Positions 63,038 to 64,000 of a DNA stretch of 64,000 nt are shown here, piece by piece. Each line of letters opens with the position of its first letter. Within the stretch, counting starts at the first letter, position 1. The notes below the pieces were generated by a model. The model had not been told where the DNA came from, searched no databases, and worked only from the letters and a program-made list of their open reading frames with translations. Both the position numbers and the translations under genes were made by a program. The stretch is from IMG/VR virus record IMGVR_UViG_3300033182_000980, positions 310,001 through 374,000 of that record. One strand, 5' to 3'.

Positions 63038-64000
63038 TTAGTTGAAGAGATCGTCTAGCTCGTCCATAGCCGCTTGAGCATCACCACCGAGCTTGCTTGA
63101 TGGCTCTGTCTTGATCTCTGGTTCATCTTCCTTCTTCTTGGAAGTAAGATAACCACGCACTTGACCAAACATAACATCAAGCCAGTTAGCAGGGAGAAGG
63201 TTTCGGAAGCCCTCAAGACCTTGACCCTTATGTTCTGTGCCTGTGGTTGGGTCAGCCCAAGTGTACCAAGCACCACCCTTCTTCACGACACCGACAGAAA
63301 TCGCAAGGTCAAGCACAGTACGCTCATTGTCTACACCAACCCCATTCATAAGGTAGAACTCGGATTCATGTTTATAAGCGTCTGACACCTTACACTTATC
63401 GAGGGTAGCACGAACGATGTTGCCCTTGACGGTATCAATCATCTTGTTCTGTAGACCGTCCCACTCCTTACCTCGATCCTTACCAACCACACGAAGCATG
63501 ATCTTGAGGCTTGAGTAGTAAGTCCATGCTTGACCACCTTGAGGCTTACGAGTCGGACCACCACCAAAGCCACCCATACCACCGATAGCTTCACGAAGCT
63601 GAGAAATCCCGATAACCGCAGTGTTCGAGTCAGCGATTACACGCTTAAAGAGAGGAAGGAACTGCGACCATTGTCGGGCGAGAAGTCCGACAGCAGATTG
63701 CTCACCAGCTTCCTTTTGGAACATCTTTTCGGGAACACCAGCACCCACAGAGTCAACCACGATAAGGTCAACACCTGCCGATGCGAACTTGACCATGAGC
63801 TTGAACCCTTGCTCAAGGGTTTCGGGCTGTAGGAGCATAAATTTAGATTTGTCTGTAACAGGCACACCGAGCATTTGAGCATAACGAGGTTCGACCTCAT
63901 TCTCCCAGTCAATGTAGACACAAGTTCCACCTTCCTCATTACAAATCGAGGCGGCTGTCTGGAGAGCGATAGTGGTCTTACCTGCACCTGCAAGCCCATA
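63038..64000 (-). CDS. recA: RecA/UvsX recombinase (5' truncated)
   Basis: Frame open to the window end: YGLAGAGKTT, YIDWE, LIVVDSV, ISQLRE, PQGG. Confidence 0.92.
   Translation of the reverse strand, partial: YGLAGAGKTTIALQTAASICNEEGGTCVYIDWENEVEPRYAQMLGVPVTDKSKFMLLQPETLEQGFKLMVKFASAGVDLIVVDSVGAGVPEKMFQKEAGEQSAVGLLARQWSQFLPLFKRVIADSNTAVIGISQLREAIGGMGGFGGGPTRKPQGGQAWTYYSSLKIMLRVVGKDRGKEWDGLQNKMIDTVKGNIVRATLDKCKVSDAYKHESEFYLMNGVGVDNERTVLDLAISVGVVKKGGAWYTWADPTTGTEHKGQGLEGFRNLLPANWLDVMFGQVRGYLTSKKKEDEPEIKTEPSSKLGGDAQAAMDELDDLFN

Noticed and set aside
1-64000. Stop-codon reassignment
   Set aside because: Genes pack densely under the standard code, and TAA, TAG and TGA all end well-supported genes

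Overview
Fragment of a large tailed-phage (jumbo/myovirus-like) genome: standard code, strong AGGAG RBSs, no host housekeeping genes. Left (1-22.9 kb): virion-type genes (gp5/VgrG-like spike, 800 aa and 3049 aa proteins) mixed with small accessory ORFs. Centre (23-52.5 kb): an island of short genes, most headed by the 17-bp element TGTAACCCCTTATCTAT (34 copies counted by eye in the window, co-oriented with the gene they face), often followed by a GC hairpin and an RBS, in three divergent blocks. The island holds a MoxR/CobS-like AAA+ ATPase, an HExxH + vWA pair and two tandem tRNA-like structured RNAs. Right (56-64 kb): RuvC, an SbcC/Rad50 C-terminal half, a beta-clamp, a PD-(D/E)XK nuclease and RecA (truncated). 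Best candidates for new biology: (1) the promoter-hairpin-RBS cassette array; (2) two covarying non-canonical tRNA-like ncRNAs at 39495-39791; (3) solitary genes sharing a second upstream motif and an N-terminal peptide (MRRSASE.I..LEMR..RLE) fused to unrelated cargo domains. All family calls come from motif recognition by eye; no searches were run.
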